A program made the translations under genes and the position numbers. Source: Eledone cirrhosa (lineage: Eukaryota). Taken from it: 64,000 nt of DNA. Where the stretch lies: NCBI GenBank assembly GCA_964016885.1, contig OZ024742.1, forward strand, positions 104,036,001 to 104,100,000, in the 5' to 3' direction. A model generated the notes under the pieces. That model was not told the origin of the DNA, ran no database searches, and saw only the letters and a list, made by a program, of their open reading frames with translations. Positions 1 to 13,142 of the stretch are shown piece by piece. Numbering within the stretch: position 1 is the first letter of the stretch; every line of letters begins with the position of its first letter.

Positions 1-2401
1 GTGGCTGGAGTAAGACCTCAAGCAGGAGGAGAGTGACTTGGTGGTGGAACAATAAGGTAGATGAAGCAGTCAAGGCCAAGAGACAGGCATGGAAAGAATG
101 GAAGAACGGGGGGAGCAGGGTACATTACATAGAGACCAAGAGGGAAGCTAGGCGACAAGTATACTTAGCTAGGAGGGAAGCAGAGGATAGAAAATTCAAG
201 CATGTTTTACAACGTGAGGACCAGAAACAGGAGGTATTCAAGATTGCGAGGCAGTGTGTCAGAGATAGTTGTGATGTCATTGGAGAGAAGTGTATCCGGA
301 ATGATAAAGGTGAGCTTGCCCTCACAAGTGCTGAGAAGAAAGATGCATGGAAGAGTCATTATGATAGATTACTAAATGAGGAGAATGCATGGGAAGAAGA
401 GACCCTACCCCACGTAGACCCTATAGAGGGACCAGCAGTACAAGTCAGCGGCAGCGTAGTAAGTAAGGCAATCAGAGATATGAAGATAGGGAAGGCAACC
501 GGTCCATCGGGTATAGCTGCCGAGATGCTGAAGGCATCTGGGTCTGTAGGTCACACTATAACCACACGTATCGTTAACCAGGTAATACTAGAGGGGGCCA
601 TACCAAAAGATTGGTGCAGTAGCATCATTGTCAACTGCTACAAAGGTAAAGGCGATGCACTAGATAGAGGAAACTATAGAGGTATAAAGTTGATGGACCA
701 GGTCATGAAAGTAACAGAAAGAGTTATAGCACAGCTGATTAGGGACCGGGTGAATATAGACGAGATGCAATTTGGGTTTGTACCAGGGAAAGGCACCACT
801 GATGCCCTCTTCCTTGTGAGGCAATTACAGGAAAAGTACCTAGCTAAAAGTAAGCCACTCTACTTGGCATTTGTCGACCTTGAGAAAGCCTTTGACAGAG
901 TTCCACGTGCAGTAATCTGGTGGGCTCTTAGAAAACTAGGAGTAGATGAATGGCTTGTGAAAGCGGTACAAGCCATGTATAGGGGAGCAGTCAGCAAAGT
1001 TAGGATTGGCAATGAGTATAGCGAGGAATTTAGCGTACAGGTTGGGGTCCACCAGGGCTCTGTTCTTAGCCCTCTCCTGTTCATCATAGTCCTGCAGGCA
1101 ATAACGGAGGAGTTTAAGACCGGATGCCCATGGGAACTCCTGTATGCTGATGACCTCGCACTCATAGCTGAATCTATGGTAGAACTAGAGAATAAATTCC
1201 AAACCTGGAAGCAGGGACTAGAGAGAAAGGGCCTCAAAGTCAACATGACAAAGACTAAGGTCCTTGTAAGTAGACGAGAAAACAGAACCCAGATCCCCTC
1301 AGGGAAATGGCCTTGCTCAGTATGTAGGAAAGGTGTAGGTAGAAACTCCATTCTTTGCCCCAAATGCAAACAATGGGTACACAAGAGATGTAGCGGGATC
1401 TCAGGAAGCTTAATTAAGAATGTAGGATTCACATGCAGCAGCTGTGCTGAAACAGCAAGCAAACAGCCACAGGAAACAAGTACCACCAATCTCTGGGAGG
1501 GCCCTGTAGAAACAGTAGACAGCTTCTGCTACCTAGGTGACCGAATTAGCAACGGAGGTGGGTGCTCAGAAAGTACAATAACTAGGGTAAGAACGGGATG
1601 GAAGAAGTTTAGGGAACTACTACCACTGCTAGCTGCAAAAGGCTTCTCCCTCAGAATGAAAGGCAGACTGTATGATGCGTGTATCCGAACAGCGATGTTG
1701 CATGGTAGTGAGACCTGGGCGCTGAAGGTGGAAGACTTACGTAGATTAGAGAGAAACGAAGCCTGCATGCTCCGATGGATGTGTAACAGTAATATACGTG
1801 AACGACAAAGCATAAAGGAATTGAGAGAGAGACTGAGCATAAGAGGAATCAAATGCTGCGTGCAGGAGAGGCGGTTACGCTGGTATGGACATGTGATGCG
1901 TATGAAGGATGACAGCTGCATAAAAAGGTGCAGAGCACTAGAAGTTGATGGAAACCGCGGAGTGGGGAGACCCAAGATGACTTGGGATGAGGTGATAAAA
2001 GCCGACCTTACCCAACTACACCTCTCAAAGTCAATGACACACGACCGTGACTTCTGGCGTCACGCAGTAATACAGGGTACCCGACCTCCCATGGGTACAT
2101 GCTGAAGCATATAAACAATATGCCCCCCCCCCCCCCTCCACCGCAAGGTGGCCGTGGAGGTGCCACGGCAAAAAAGCACCCAGCCCACACTGTAAAGTGG
2201 ACGGTTAGGCGCCACGAAAAAGCACCCAGCACTCACTGTAAATGAGGTTGGTGTTAGGAAGGGCATCCAGCTGTAGAAATCAAGCCAGATCAGTTCCTGT
2301 ATGAGCAAGGCATGGTCAGCCGACCAGACACTGCCCACAACAGGACAACCCGTCTAACCCATGCTAGCGTGGAAGAACGGACGTAAAACGGTGATGATGA
2401 T
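1..2401 (+). mobile_element. RTE-clade LINE, 3' part (runs off the window at its 5' end), with 3' UTR and (GAT)n tail
   Basis: RT ORF ending 2105, then 3' UTR with the TTAGGAAGGGCATCCAGC motif and a GATGATGAT tail. Confidence 0.93.
3..2105 (+). CDS. RTE reverse transcriptase ORF (5'-partial) with a PHD-like Cys/His insert
   Basis: Frame open from the window start; motifs NYRGIKL, QFGF, FVDLEKAFDRV, GVHQGSVLSP, LYADD, YLG, RRLRWYGHV; C4HC3-like cluster after YADD. Confidence 0.92.
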   Translation, partial: GWSKTSSRRRVTWWWNNKVDEAVKAKRQAWKEWKNGGSRVHYIETKREARRQVYLARREAEDRKFKHVLQREDQKQEVFKIARQCVRDSCDVIGEKCIRNDKGELALTSAEKKDAWKSHYDRLLNEENAWEEETLPHVDPIEGPAVQVSGSVVSKAIRDMKIGKATGPSGIAAEMLKASGSVGHTITTRIVNQVILEGAIPKDWCSSIIVNCYKGKGDALDRGNYRGIKLMDQVMKVTERVIAQLIRDRVNIDEMQFGFVPGKGTTDALFLVRQLQEKYLAKSKPLYLAFVDLEKAFDRVPRAVIWWALRKLGVDEWLVKAVQAMYRGAVSKVRIGNEYSEEFSVQVGVHQGSVLSPLLFIIVLQAITEEFKTGCPWELLYADDLALIAESMVELENKFQTWKQGLERKGLKVNMTKTKVLVSRRENRTQIPSGKWPCSVCRKGVGRNSILCPKCKQWVHKRCSGISGSLIKNVGFTCSSCAETASKQPQETSTTNLWEGPVETVDSFCYLGDRISNGGGCSESTITRVRTGWKKFRELLPLLAAKGFSLRMKGRLYDACIRTAMLHGSETWALKVEDLRRLERNEACMLRWMCNSNIRERQSIKELRERLSIRGIKCCVQERRLRWYGHVMRMKDDSCIKRCRALEVDGNRGVGRPKMTWDEVIKADLTQLHLSKSMTHDRDFWRHAVIQGTRPPMGTC

Positions 2402-2871
2402 ATATATATACACACACACACAAACACGTGTGACATATAATTATAGTTGATAAAGAAATAATTACTTCATAATTTTCTGTAGCCTAAACTCTTGAATTAA
2501 TTTACTGCTTTCTGTCATTAAATTGCAGCCACGATGGGGCATCACCTTGAAGGGATTTAGGATGTTATATCAACCCCAATATTTATTTGTCCAAATTTGG
2601 TATTATTTTATTGACCTCGTTTTGTCAAACTGCAAAGTTACAAGACATAAACAAAATAAATGTAAACACAGACATGGTAATCATTTTATTGTCCTCAGAA
2701 AGATAAAAGGCAAAGTTGACCTTGGAGGAATTTGAACTCAGTTCATATAAAGAAATACAAAATACTACAAGATCTACCAATTCTGCAAGTTGCCATATAT
2801 TCATGATTAACCATTTTAGTACCAACATGGCCAAAACCAACACAATTTTATCTAATAATATTTTGTTATGT

Positions 2872-3368
2872 TACCATCTTAGAATATAAGCCGGCCCCTA
2901 TCTTATGTCTACGAAATAGACAAAAATCCAAACCCTGTTTACAAGCCAAAGCAGGTACTCAACAAATTATGTTTAGATGGTGCTGTTTTTAAATTCTCAT
3001 GAGTGGAGAATATATTTATGAAGTTTTAATACTTTGATATTTAAAATATTTTAAGTGTCATTTAAAGAATAGTTTTGGTTTTATAACTCCATTATATAAT
3101 TATATTTTTTACCAATTTCTGACTGTTTTGAAGGCCATATTAATTCAAAACACATAAAAAAAACAATAGGAAATATGAATTTCACATTGAAAGTGAAATC
3201 GGTGTAATATTCATCTACAAAGTGAAAATATTATAGCACCTCATTTATGTAGAATTTTGAAATTGATGAAATTTGGCAAAATATTGACCTCAAATATAAG
3301 CTGACTCACCATTTTACCATCGATTTTTTGTCTCATATTTCTCAGTTTATTTATGAATATATACGGTA
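2872..3368. mobile_element. Degraded Tc1/pogo-type MITE
   Basis: Ends resemble TACCGTATAT/TATAAGCCG-type termini (right end ...AATATATACGGTA); imperfect. Confidence 0.4.
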
Positions 3369-3669
3369 ATTGATTATTTTAGTAAATCATTCAAAATTTT
3401 TCATTAGCCTTTTAGATACCACCCAGCCAAAACCGGCACTGATTCTATGACCCCCCCCCCCTTTAAAAGGTTTTTATCTAAATTAAATCTTCCAACTTAA
3501 TTTTATATAAGAACCATATGTTAAGTTACTATCACAGTAATGAAAGAATTAATAATTTTAGTAAATCCCTCAAAATTCTTCATTAATTAATTGAAATAGA
3601 GTGTATTTCATTAAAAATCCAGTCAGGAAAAGGTTAATGCTAGAACTAAAATTCAGAATTGTAACACTT

Positions 3670-3998
3670 CTTTGTATAAAATCAGAAAACAGTACAGCTC
3701 CCATGACTTTCGGAAATATTTTTGTAGATGAAGAGTTGCTGAAGCATGGAACAAACTACCTGCATCATCAGTTGTTTGTTGTCGGGTCACTGCATCCTTC
3801 AAAACTTCCATGCTTTCCAAAATTTGTTAACTCTACATCTAATATTTCCCCTCCATACACATGTATGTATCTGTGTGTATATCATGACTCATATATTGTT
3901 CACTTTCCTGACATTTGTACATGATTCTATGTACCATACATGCACCTTTGATGAGTTGTAGTGCACCTGAGCACTGTACACAATAATTTTCATTATTA
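3670..3998 (+). mobile_element. CR1-like LINE 3' fragment
   Basis: Degenerate RVAEAWNKLPAS C-terminal motif; homologous inverted copy at ~20137-20475. Confidence 0.65.
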
Positions 3999-4000
3999 TA

Positions 4001-4183
4001 TTGGCAGTATTAGTAGAGAGTCGGACACCATGCTTTGATGCATAGAGTTACGGCCCTTTCCATTCTGAGTTCAAACCCTGCCAAGGTCAACTTTGCCTTT
4101 CATCCTTACAGGGTCGATAAAATAAAATACCAGTAATGTACTGGGTAATTGCTGGCCTTGTGCCAAAAGTAGAAACAATTATT
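4001..4183 (+). mobile_element. tRNA-derived SINE (family A)
   Basis: TGGCAG...GAGTTCAAA B-box...TTTGCCTTTCATCC...GGGGTCGATAAA...CCTTGTGCCAAAAGTAGAAACAATTATT, shared with many copies in the window. Confidence 0.85.
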
Positions 4184-4224
4184 ATATTATTATAATTTAC
4201 CAAATGTCTTTCACTGCTTCACAG

Positions 4225-4426
4225 GTTCCTCTCCATTTCCAGACCACCCTAGTAGATTTGAACCATTCCTCACCCAGATTGATGGCACCAATTTTCTGGG
4301 TCTGGTAATGTATTCTTTAATGATAGGTGTGGCCATCCATTGTGTTGGGGACCAAGGCCGATTGCTTGCTGATATTTTCACAGCTTTTTACCAAAGTACT
4401 TTGAAACTAATAAGTTTTATTACATG
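4225..4426 (+). CDS. SLC1/EAAT-family transporter, internal exon (TM4c-TM5); upstream exons lie outside the window
   Basis: acag| acceptor and |gtaag donor; translates ..IDGTNFLGLVMYSLMIGVAIHCVGDQGRLLADIFTAFYQSTLKLISFIT-W, matching the SLC1 xGxNxLGL...W motif; phase fits the next exon. Confidence 0.88.
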
Positions 4427-4730
4427 GTAAGATATACTTTACATGCTTATACATCATATTTTCATTACATTATTCCACTGTCTCAGGGTGTTGATTATCA
4501 GACTTGTTAGAATGTCACTTTTCATGCTGGCATGTGCTAGATAGTTTTGAAACTGCTTTACTGCTGAATTCTCTTCTTGATGCCAACCATTTTAGTCATT
4601 TCTTATGACATGCAGGGATAAAGTGTACCTATACTAAAAAATGGGACATATGTAGTAATTACATGTTTCATTACATATTTTTTATATCATATTTTCATTA
4701 CAATATATCAGTCACCCGTTCTTTGCATGT

Positions 4731-4776
<46 letters not shown>

Positions 4777-5944
4777 CTATTCTATGTCTATTTTCCATGC
4801 TTGCATGGGTTAGATGGGTTGTCATGTTCTGAGAATAGATAAGTCAGATAAATATGTCTTGTTCATACATTCCATTCTGGCATGGTTTCTACAGCTGGAT
4901 GCCCTTCTTAACACTAACCACTTCACTGCATACACTGGGTGTTTTTTATCATGACACCAACATTACCATATAACAAAGTAGACTAAGTGTTTTATATCAT
5001 GGCACTAGCACTACTACTTTACAGAGTGGGCTTTACATCAGATTTTTATTACATTATATCACTCATTCATTACATATGTAGTAAAATCCTGCTTTGGTGA
5101 ATTTTGTTGTTGAACAAAACTACAGTGTATTTTCATATCACATTAAATATTCATCATTTCTAACATAAATTTACCATGACATCACCTATAGCTATAAAGG
5201 AGCAAACAGACAGCAAACGTTTGTTCTTGTTTGACTGCAATGATAGTCACCAAGCAGCTGCTAGCCTTCTCTGGCCAAAATTGGCCAGGAAAGCCTATCA
5301 TGGCTCTATTTCTTTACTCTTTCACAAACATCTGTAGCCTGTCTCTCTCATGTTTGCAGGTACACTACACATCACAATTCACACAGACATAATCTAGTGT
5401 ACAAACTTTGCTTATTTCCACCTTTTAGTTCATAATATTGCTGATACAACCTTTAATTATTTTTCTGTAAACACAAATCATCCAAACATTTGAACTGTGT
5501 TTCAAATCTTAGATTGATGTATGAATAACTCTAATTCTACTCAATAAATGTTTTAATTTTCTCAATTCCCTTTTCATCAATATCAAAATTGAGCAGATAT
5601 GATTGAGATTTTGCTGAAGACTTAAAACAAGTTTTGGGGTATAACTCAATTTACCCAAATGAACTTCAAACACTCCAACAAACCAACAAACAAGTCCTTA
5701 CATCAACACATATTGAATCTTTCACATTCAATACTATTTTTCAACTCAAAATCTTTTACATCTTTCTTCATATCCATTTTTAATATCACATTTTCAATAT
5801 ATTTTATTAACCTTTGATTATATATTTTTTATATTATGTTTTCATTACATCACTGTTTCATTACATGTTTTTTTATATTCATCCTTTCATTACATGACAA
5901 CAGAGTCAGTGAATTAGTGAAGGAGCTGATATGAGGTCACTTAA

Positions 5945-6162
5945 CCCTCGAGCATTTAAACTGGCTGTATCCAGCCAGAATTCTCACACCTCTTTCTGTT
6001 CAAACCAGCTGTATCTGGTTGCTCATACCTACATTAAGGTATTGTTCTCACAATAAATAACATTAAAATCTCGTAGATTCGATATGTGAGATAATTATGT
6101 AAGATAAAGCCTTTACTGTGAAAATACAATAGTAAATATAGAGTAATGTAAATGCTAAAGGG
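5945..6162. mobile_element. piggyBac-type MITE
   Basis: TTAA on both sides (5941-44, 6163-66); TIRs CCCTcgAGCATTTA / TAAATGCTaaAGGG. Confidence 0.75.
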
Positions 6163-7352
6163 TTAACCTATGGAAAATTGCAGCAGAATCTTCCCAAAGT
6201 ATTATGCTATCAGCTTACAAAAAGGAAAGACAAATTGAATAATATACTCCTATATAAACTATGACTGGAAAAAAAAAGATTGGATAATCATGACTGAAAA
6301 AGTATATCTGCTTGATCAACAGCAACTACTAAAGGAACTCACTGTGTACCCTTCTGTATATAACATCATTTTGAGGTTCAGCATTTTGAGACCATCTCTA
6401 ACCACCTCAGCCCAGATTTTTCTTGGTTACCTCTACTGCAACTCCCTTCCACTGGCATCTTCCAGCACTTCTACACTCAATAGTCACATTGCTTTAAACC
6501 TTGGGCTAGAGACTACTGTTCTATCATTCTAAAATGGTTTGGGTTATTCTACATGGTCACTGAACTTGCTAGAAAAAGCAAGCAAATCTCTTTGAAATCA
6601 CAACCTACCCTCTTAGAAAAGATCAATCATTCAATCAATTTCCTGTAACTGGTGCAGCCAGTCATTAGCGTGCCACACTAGACCTTTGACTGTGTGTCCA
6701 TTATAACATTTTAGAAGGCCTAAAAAATGCTTGGCAGTGCCCATCTCCTCTTGAAGCATCCAATCTCTCACTAAGTTTAGCCTGCCAGCAGAAGCAGTTT
6801 CTGGGGTGCAGCTGAAAAATGTCCCTAAGCCAGAAGTGAGAATCAAGTGAGTGCCTGTGTACCTGACTATCTCTAATGGATGTCACTCTTGGACATCCTG
6901 GTTTTAAGATAATGTTAGAAAAGAAAACTTTGGGTAAAGGTGGTAAGAATTGAATCTCACAGAGGATATGACAAAGGAACACAATGCATGGAGGGAAGCT
7001 GTGTTGGAAAAGGCCCATCCAACATATGTAAGGATGATAAAGATGATGCTGCATAATTTGGTCCTATGTTCAATCATAATTGTCATTATCATCACCATTT
7101 AACACCCATTTTTCCACACTAGCATGGGTTAGACAAGTTGAGACAAGGAAGGTCAGATGACATGAACACCCCTTTGGTTGGAGTCTCATTGAAAGTCTCA
7201 TGTTTTGTAGTCAGAATTGTTAGTACTCCTGCATTGTAGAAAATATAACCTGTCAAAAGGACTATACAAATTTTATACACATTATTTGACCTTCCAATCA
7301 TTTAAGTTTGTTATAACAAAATATTGTCTTTTTCTCCCACCTCATTCTATAG

Positions 7353-7586
7353 GTATTCTCCAATAGGAATATTTTTCCTGCTTACAGCTACTGTGATTGA
7401 GCTAGAGGAACCTTCCACAACTTTCCATCAATTGGCTCTGTATACAGGAACAGCATTGGTTGCTCTCTTAGGCCATGGAATGGTGTTATTACCATTGGTA
7501 TATTTCTTAATGACACAGAAAAATCCAGTAAAATTCCTGTACAAGAACTCACTGAGTTTATTTACAGTATTTGCTACATCAAACAG
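7353..7586 (+). CDS. SLC1/EAAT-family transporter, exon (end of TM5, TM6, HP1)
   Basis: atag| ... |gtatga; (W)YSPIGIFFLL...HGMVLLPLVYFLMTQKNPVKFL...FATSN, typical SLC1 WYSP.GI and YF..T.KNP motifs. Confidence 0.92.
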
Positions 7587-7924
7587 GTATGAACCCAAAA
7601 CATCTCTAAATCACAGTTTACAAAACTATGTTTGTGTGTGTGTGCACGCATGTGCATATGTGTGAGTGTTTGTATGTGTGCGTGCATGTAGGATTGATTA
7701 CCCATGAAATAATCAAACATGCATACCATAATTGCTAAATAGCTTTGTCGAAGAACTGATTATAACTAAAAGTTTGAAAGTAGAGTGCAGCTATTAAAGC
7801 TATATCGTGGTGGCAAATTGGCAGAGTTGTAAGGGGCATTGGATTAATAATACCTCAGTATTTGTTCTTGCTCACGACGCTCTGAGTTCAAATCCAGCCA
7901 AGATTCAATTTTTATCATTTTTAT

Positions 7925-9270
7925 TATCATCATCATCATCATCATCATTTAACATCCACTTTCCTTGCTAGCAAAAATTGGACGTAGATTACCAACACTA
8001 GAGAGATTGTTGTGTCACTGACACAACTCAAGGGTCCTCTCAACCCTTTTAGGCATGGTTTCTACGGCAGAGTGCACTTCTTGTCACCAGCCACCCTTAT
8101 GGAGTGTACCAGGTGCATTTTTGTGGCACTGTTACTAGAGAGGTTGCTGGTCATTGTCCCAACTGAAGGGTCCTCTCTGGGGAGGAGGCAATGGGGAGGG
8201 AGCTAGGTATGAAGTTATAGGTGTATGAGGTGATTTAGCAAGGCGATGAGTAAGGGGAAAAGGTGACTGATAGTGTATGGGGAGAGGGGATGTAGTGGTG
8301 GGGTGGTGTGGTTGACAGAGTGTGTGGGCAGTGATGGAAAGATAAGTAAGGGGTGGTAGTTTGGGGGATGAACAAGGAGTAAAGAGAGTAGCTACTAGGG
8401 TGCAATAGTGAGGATATCTAAGGATTTAGAGGGGGAGTAGCTAAGGAATGTTTCTGTAGGGGGCATGGGTAGTGGATGCAAAAGTCAGATACAGTGGCTT
8501 ACTCTTAACTAAGTACTTCTGTAGTTGCCTCACCAGAAAGAGAGCATGGGTAGTACCCCCTGCCTGGCATAAATCCAAACTGCATCTCATCTAACCCTTT
8601 CAACAACTTTCATGACCTGGTCCACCAACTTGATGCCTCTGTAGTTACTTCTCTGTAGTGCATCTCCTTTGTCCTTGTAGCAATTTACAATAATATTGCT
8701 GCACCAGTCATTTGGTATGACCCCATCCTGAACTACTTGGTTAACTATGTGTCTGACTAGCTCATACCCTACCATGTCATGCTTTTATTATCTTAGCAAC
8801 TATACCAGATGGTTCAGCTGCTTTCCCTACCTTCATGTCCTTAATTGTTTTATTTAGCACACTGTTGTTAACTTTTATTGCTGGTCCCTCAGTTAGGTCT
8901 GCATGAGGTAGGCTCTCACTGTTCCATTTATTCTTTTATTCAGCAGTCTCTCATAGTAAATCTTCCACGCTTCCTTCTTTTTGGCATCAGACAGAGCAAA
9001 TGCTCCACTATCAATTCGAATACACTTTTCCCCAAACCCCATTTGGAGTTGATAAAGAAAATATCAGTCCAGTACTGGCACAAAACTTCTCTCCTAGCTG
9101 TCACATCTAGGATGTTCTGCTGGATCATGGGTGAGCGGGTCCAAGAAGGTGTCTGTCTTTGCTTAAGATTACATGGGCACTTAAAATCCCTCATTGAAAG
9201 CATGCTACATCCTACCAAGTCCTACATGATTGTGAGTGATGGCTGTAGTTTTTTTTTATGTAAGTGGGTG
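7925..9270 (-). mobile_element. Degraded, internally deleted RTE LINE
   Basis: RT remnant IPNDWCSNIIVNCYKDKGDALQRSNYRGIKL (8587-8775) homologous to the element at 1-2401; (CAT)n tail at the left end. Confidence 0.8.
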
Positions 9271-9577
9271 ATAGTAATACTGTATTATTATAAAACTGAA
9301 ATGAAGGAAATTCATGTTGAACATGTGTGTCAAAGTAGAAAACTTGTAAAAGTAAAAATATTTTTCTATAAAGATAATCAATTCTTTCCCCCATGTGTGT
9401 GTGTGATAGTTTGGGAAAAAGTAATAATCAACAATGTGTTCAATAATATGTAAGTAAAGTACCCTTAACTGGATGGGGTCATAGCTGACTTCTTACAGAG
9501 AGAGAAATCAACAGTACAGGACTAGTACTTTATTTATTGATCTCAAAAGGATGAAAGCTATAGTTGACCACCCCAGT

Positions 9578-9980
9578 TTTTATCCTTGTTCTCCTTGCTC
9601 TCCTTTTCTCTCCTTTTCTCATTGCTCTACTTGCTCTCTTTTTATCCTTGCTCCCCTTTTCTCATTGCTCTACTTGCTCTCCTTTTATCCTTGCTCCCCT
9701 TTTATCATTACTCTACTTGCTCTCCTTTTCTCATTGCTCTCCTTGCTCTCCCTTTCTCATTGCTCTCCTTGCTCTCCCTTTCTCATTGCTCTCCTTGCTC
9801 TCCTTTTCTCATTGCTCTACTTGCTCTCCTTTTATCCTTGCTCTCCTTCCTCTCCTTTTATCCTTGCTCTCTTTACACTCCTTTTCTCATTGCTCTGCTT
9901 GCTCTCCCTTTCTCCTTGCTCTCCTTTTCTCATTGCTCTCCTTGCTCTCATTGGTCTCCTTGCTCTCCCTTTCTCCTTGT
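9578..9980. repeat. Pyrimidine-rich degenerate tandem repeat (TTGCTCTCC / TTTTCTCA units)
   Basis: Many interleaved 8-9-bp units. Confidence 0.85.
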
Positions 9981-10130
9981 ATCTATGCACTTGTTTATAT
10001 ACAAATACAATGAGAAAAGGGGAGCAAGGAAAAATATGAAAGCAAGGATAGTAAGGAGAGTATATATATATATATATATATATACATATACGATATTAAT
10101 AAATGGAAACTATATTTATAAAACCATATT

Positions 10131-10195
10131 TATTTCATTATACATATTTCAGGGATACCAAATAAAAATATGGTATGCCTTCATCAGACAAAATA
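10131..10195 (-). ncRNA. Minimal type I hammerhead ribozyme (inverted-arm copy)
   Basis: Near-exact reverse complement of 13078-13142 (one difference in the stem II loop). Confidence 0.75.
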
Positions 10196-11363
10196 CAATA
10201 TATAAACAGTTTTATAAATAATTTTGACGTACCCTATTAAATGGAACCATTATTTTTGGAAGCTATCTGGATAGTGAAATGTTTATATTATTTTATTAGT
10301 TATAGTGTTAAGCACAATTAGAAAAAGACGGAGAGAAAGAAAGAAAAAAAGAAAAAAAGACGGAGAGAGAGAAGGAGAGAGAAAGAAGGAGAGAGAGAAA
10401 AAGAAAACCTGGATAAATATCGGAGAGAGAGAGAGAGAAATGTATGTAGAAAAGAAAGAGATAAATAGATAGGAGGAAATAAAAAAGAAAGAAAAAAGGA
10501 AGAAATAAGAAAAACAAAGGAAAGCAACAGAGAGATAATAAGTCATCATACAGATAGAAAAACTCAAGAGAGAGAGAATACTATATAGAGAGAGGAGGAG
10601 ATAGTGACAACTTTACGTCATGTCATATTAAGTTGAGTTAACAATTTATATGAAATGAATAATAAAGATATAAATATCAATATTCATAAATGTGACATAG
10701 ATATATAATATGAGAAAATAACATTGTTCAATAATGACCATATGTTTAGTTTAAAAACTTGAGATCAATATACCAAAATCTGAGTTAAATCTTTCAAAAA
10801 GTACCCTCTTTATAAAAAACAGGATACAAATATGTATATATATATACACACATATGTACGTTCTGAAAATAGAAATTATGTCTACTCAAGCCAATAATAT
10901 AGACACACAAAGCGCAAATGATTTCACTTGATCACTGCTATACACTCCTTGTGTTATAAAGATCACAGTATATATACATAAATATACGATTAATATTCAT
11001 GTCCTCATATATACGATTACCGTTCATGTATTTAATATTATGCATATCTGCAACACACATCACATATACACCCACACATATATATGTATAAATAAATATC
11101 TGCGTGAGTCCTCCAGCATCGCTCATGTATATATACAGACATATATACAAACACATAAATAGACCCTATAACACTTTTATATGCATGTTAATACACACAT
11201 ATGGCATTTGTATAGAGATAATCAAATATCAATATATTAATATAGAAATATCAAAGCATTAAAATCTTTAAAACACTATAGAGTATCTCAGGTTAAAATA
11301 ATATGTTTTATATATTTAGTATAGAAATTTATCCTACCTATATCTCAAACAAGATATTGAAAG

Positions 11364-11626
11364 ATCCAAACAAAAAATCTTCAACTTCGCTGTCTAACCT
11401 ACTCTGGCACCTTAAACGAGATAATATTAAATATTCGATGAATTGGAATATTATTTCAAAAGCTACTACGTTTAATTCCTCTTCAGAAAATTGTGATCTT
11501 TGTATAGAAGAAATATTCTTTATATTAAAGTCCAAAAATTCCCTTAATTTAAGGAGCAATTTATTCAGTTGCTGCAGACATAGATTGAACTCAACGTTTA
11601 AATATAAATATAAATTTAAAATGTAG
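11364..11626 (+). pseudogene. Penelope-like (Neptune-type) GIY-YIG endonuclease C-terminal fragment
   Basis: STSLSNLLWHLK...WNIISKA..FNSSSENCDLCIEEIFFI...LNLRSNLFSCCRHR matches the STxLSxxxWxLK...CxLCxxE...LNxRxELxxxCRH pattern of PLE C-termini. Confidence 0.8.
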
Positions 11627-13077
11627 TATAATTAATTAAGAAATTTAGTTAATATATGAAGCCTGTCGATAAATCATTAGATTCCTTCACCTTTTTCATT
11701 TTAAACTTTCTTCATAAATATAAACAAGAATATAATAAACTACTCTAAAATGTATATGCTCCCAATGTATTAAATAAAATATACGTAAGATAAATTTCTA
11801 TACTAAATATAAGGTTATCCGTAGAATCACTGGGTCTTATAAATTTTTTAAATTATTTTTATTTTTTATTTGTTTTGACTCCGATAGCTTCTAATAACTT
11901 TCATAAGTCTACCCTTTCAATATCTTGTTTGAGATATAGGTAGGATAAATTTCTATACTAAATATATAAAACATATTTTAACCTGAGATACTCTATAGTG
12001 TTTTAAAGATTTTAATGCTTTGATATTTCTATATTAATATATTGATATTTGATTATCTCTATACAAATGCCATACGTGTGTATTAACATGCATATAAAAG
12101 TGTTATAGGGTCTATTTATGTGTTTGTATATATGTCTGTATATATACATGAGCGATGCTGGAGGACTCACGCAGATATTTATTTATACATATGTATGTGT
12201 ATATATGTATGGGTGTATATGTGATGTGTGTTGCAGATATGCATAATATTAAATACATGAACGGTAATCGTATATATGAGGACATGAATATTAATCGTAT
12301 ATTTATGTATATATACTGTGATCTTTATAACACAAGGAGTGTATAGCAGTGATCAAGTGAAATCATTTGCGCTTTGTGTGTCTATATTATTGGCTTGAGT
12401 AGACATAATTTCTATTTTCAGAACGTACATATGTGTGTATATATATATACATATTTGTATCCTGTTTTTTTTTTTATAAATAGGGTACTTTTTGAAAGAT
12501 TTAACTCAGATTTTGGTATATTGATCTCAAGTTTTTAAACTAAACATATGGTCATTATTGAACAATGTTATTTTCTCATATTATGTATCTATGTCACATT
12601 CATGAATATTGATATTTATATCTTTATTATTCATTTCATATAAATTGTTAACTCAACTTAATATGACATGACGTAAAGTTGTCACTATCTCCCCCTCTCT
12701 CTATATAGTATTCTCTCTCTCTTGAGTTTTTCTATCTGTATGATGACTTATTATCTCTCTGTTGCTTTCCTTTGTTTTTCTTATTTCTTCCTTTTTTCTT
12801 TCTTTTTTATTTTCTCCTATCTATTTATCTCTTTCTTTTCTACATACATTTCTCTCTCCGATATTTATCCAGGTTTTCTTTTTCTCTCTCTCCTTCTTTC
12901 TCTCTCCTTCTCTCTCTCCGTCTTTTTTTCTTTCTTTCTCTCCGTCTTTTTCTAATTGTGCTTAACATTATAACTAATAAAATAATATAAACATTTCACT
13001 ATCCAGATAGCTTCCAAAAATAATGGTTCCATTTAATAGGGTACGTCAAAATTATTTATAAAACTGTTTATATATTG

Positions 13078-13142
13078 TATTTTGTCTGATGAAGGCATAC
13101 CATATTTTAATTTGGTATCCCTGAAATATGTATAATGAAATA
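13078..13142 (+). ncRNA. Minimal type I hammerhead ribozyme
   Basis: Stem I TATTTTGT/ATGAAATA (2 G-U); CTGATGA; stem II AGG.ATACCA/TGGTAT.CCT; GAAA; near-palindromic stem III ATATGTAT; AUA cleavage triplet. Confidence 0.78.

Noticed and set aside
7324-7665. Standalone 113-aa ORF (likewise 18043-18318)
   Set aside because: These are internal SLC1 exons read through their splice sites, not separate genes.
9551-10567. Leu/Ser/Phe-rich ORFs
   Set aside because: Products of pyrimidine-rich simple repeats, open in several frames.
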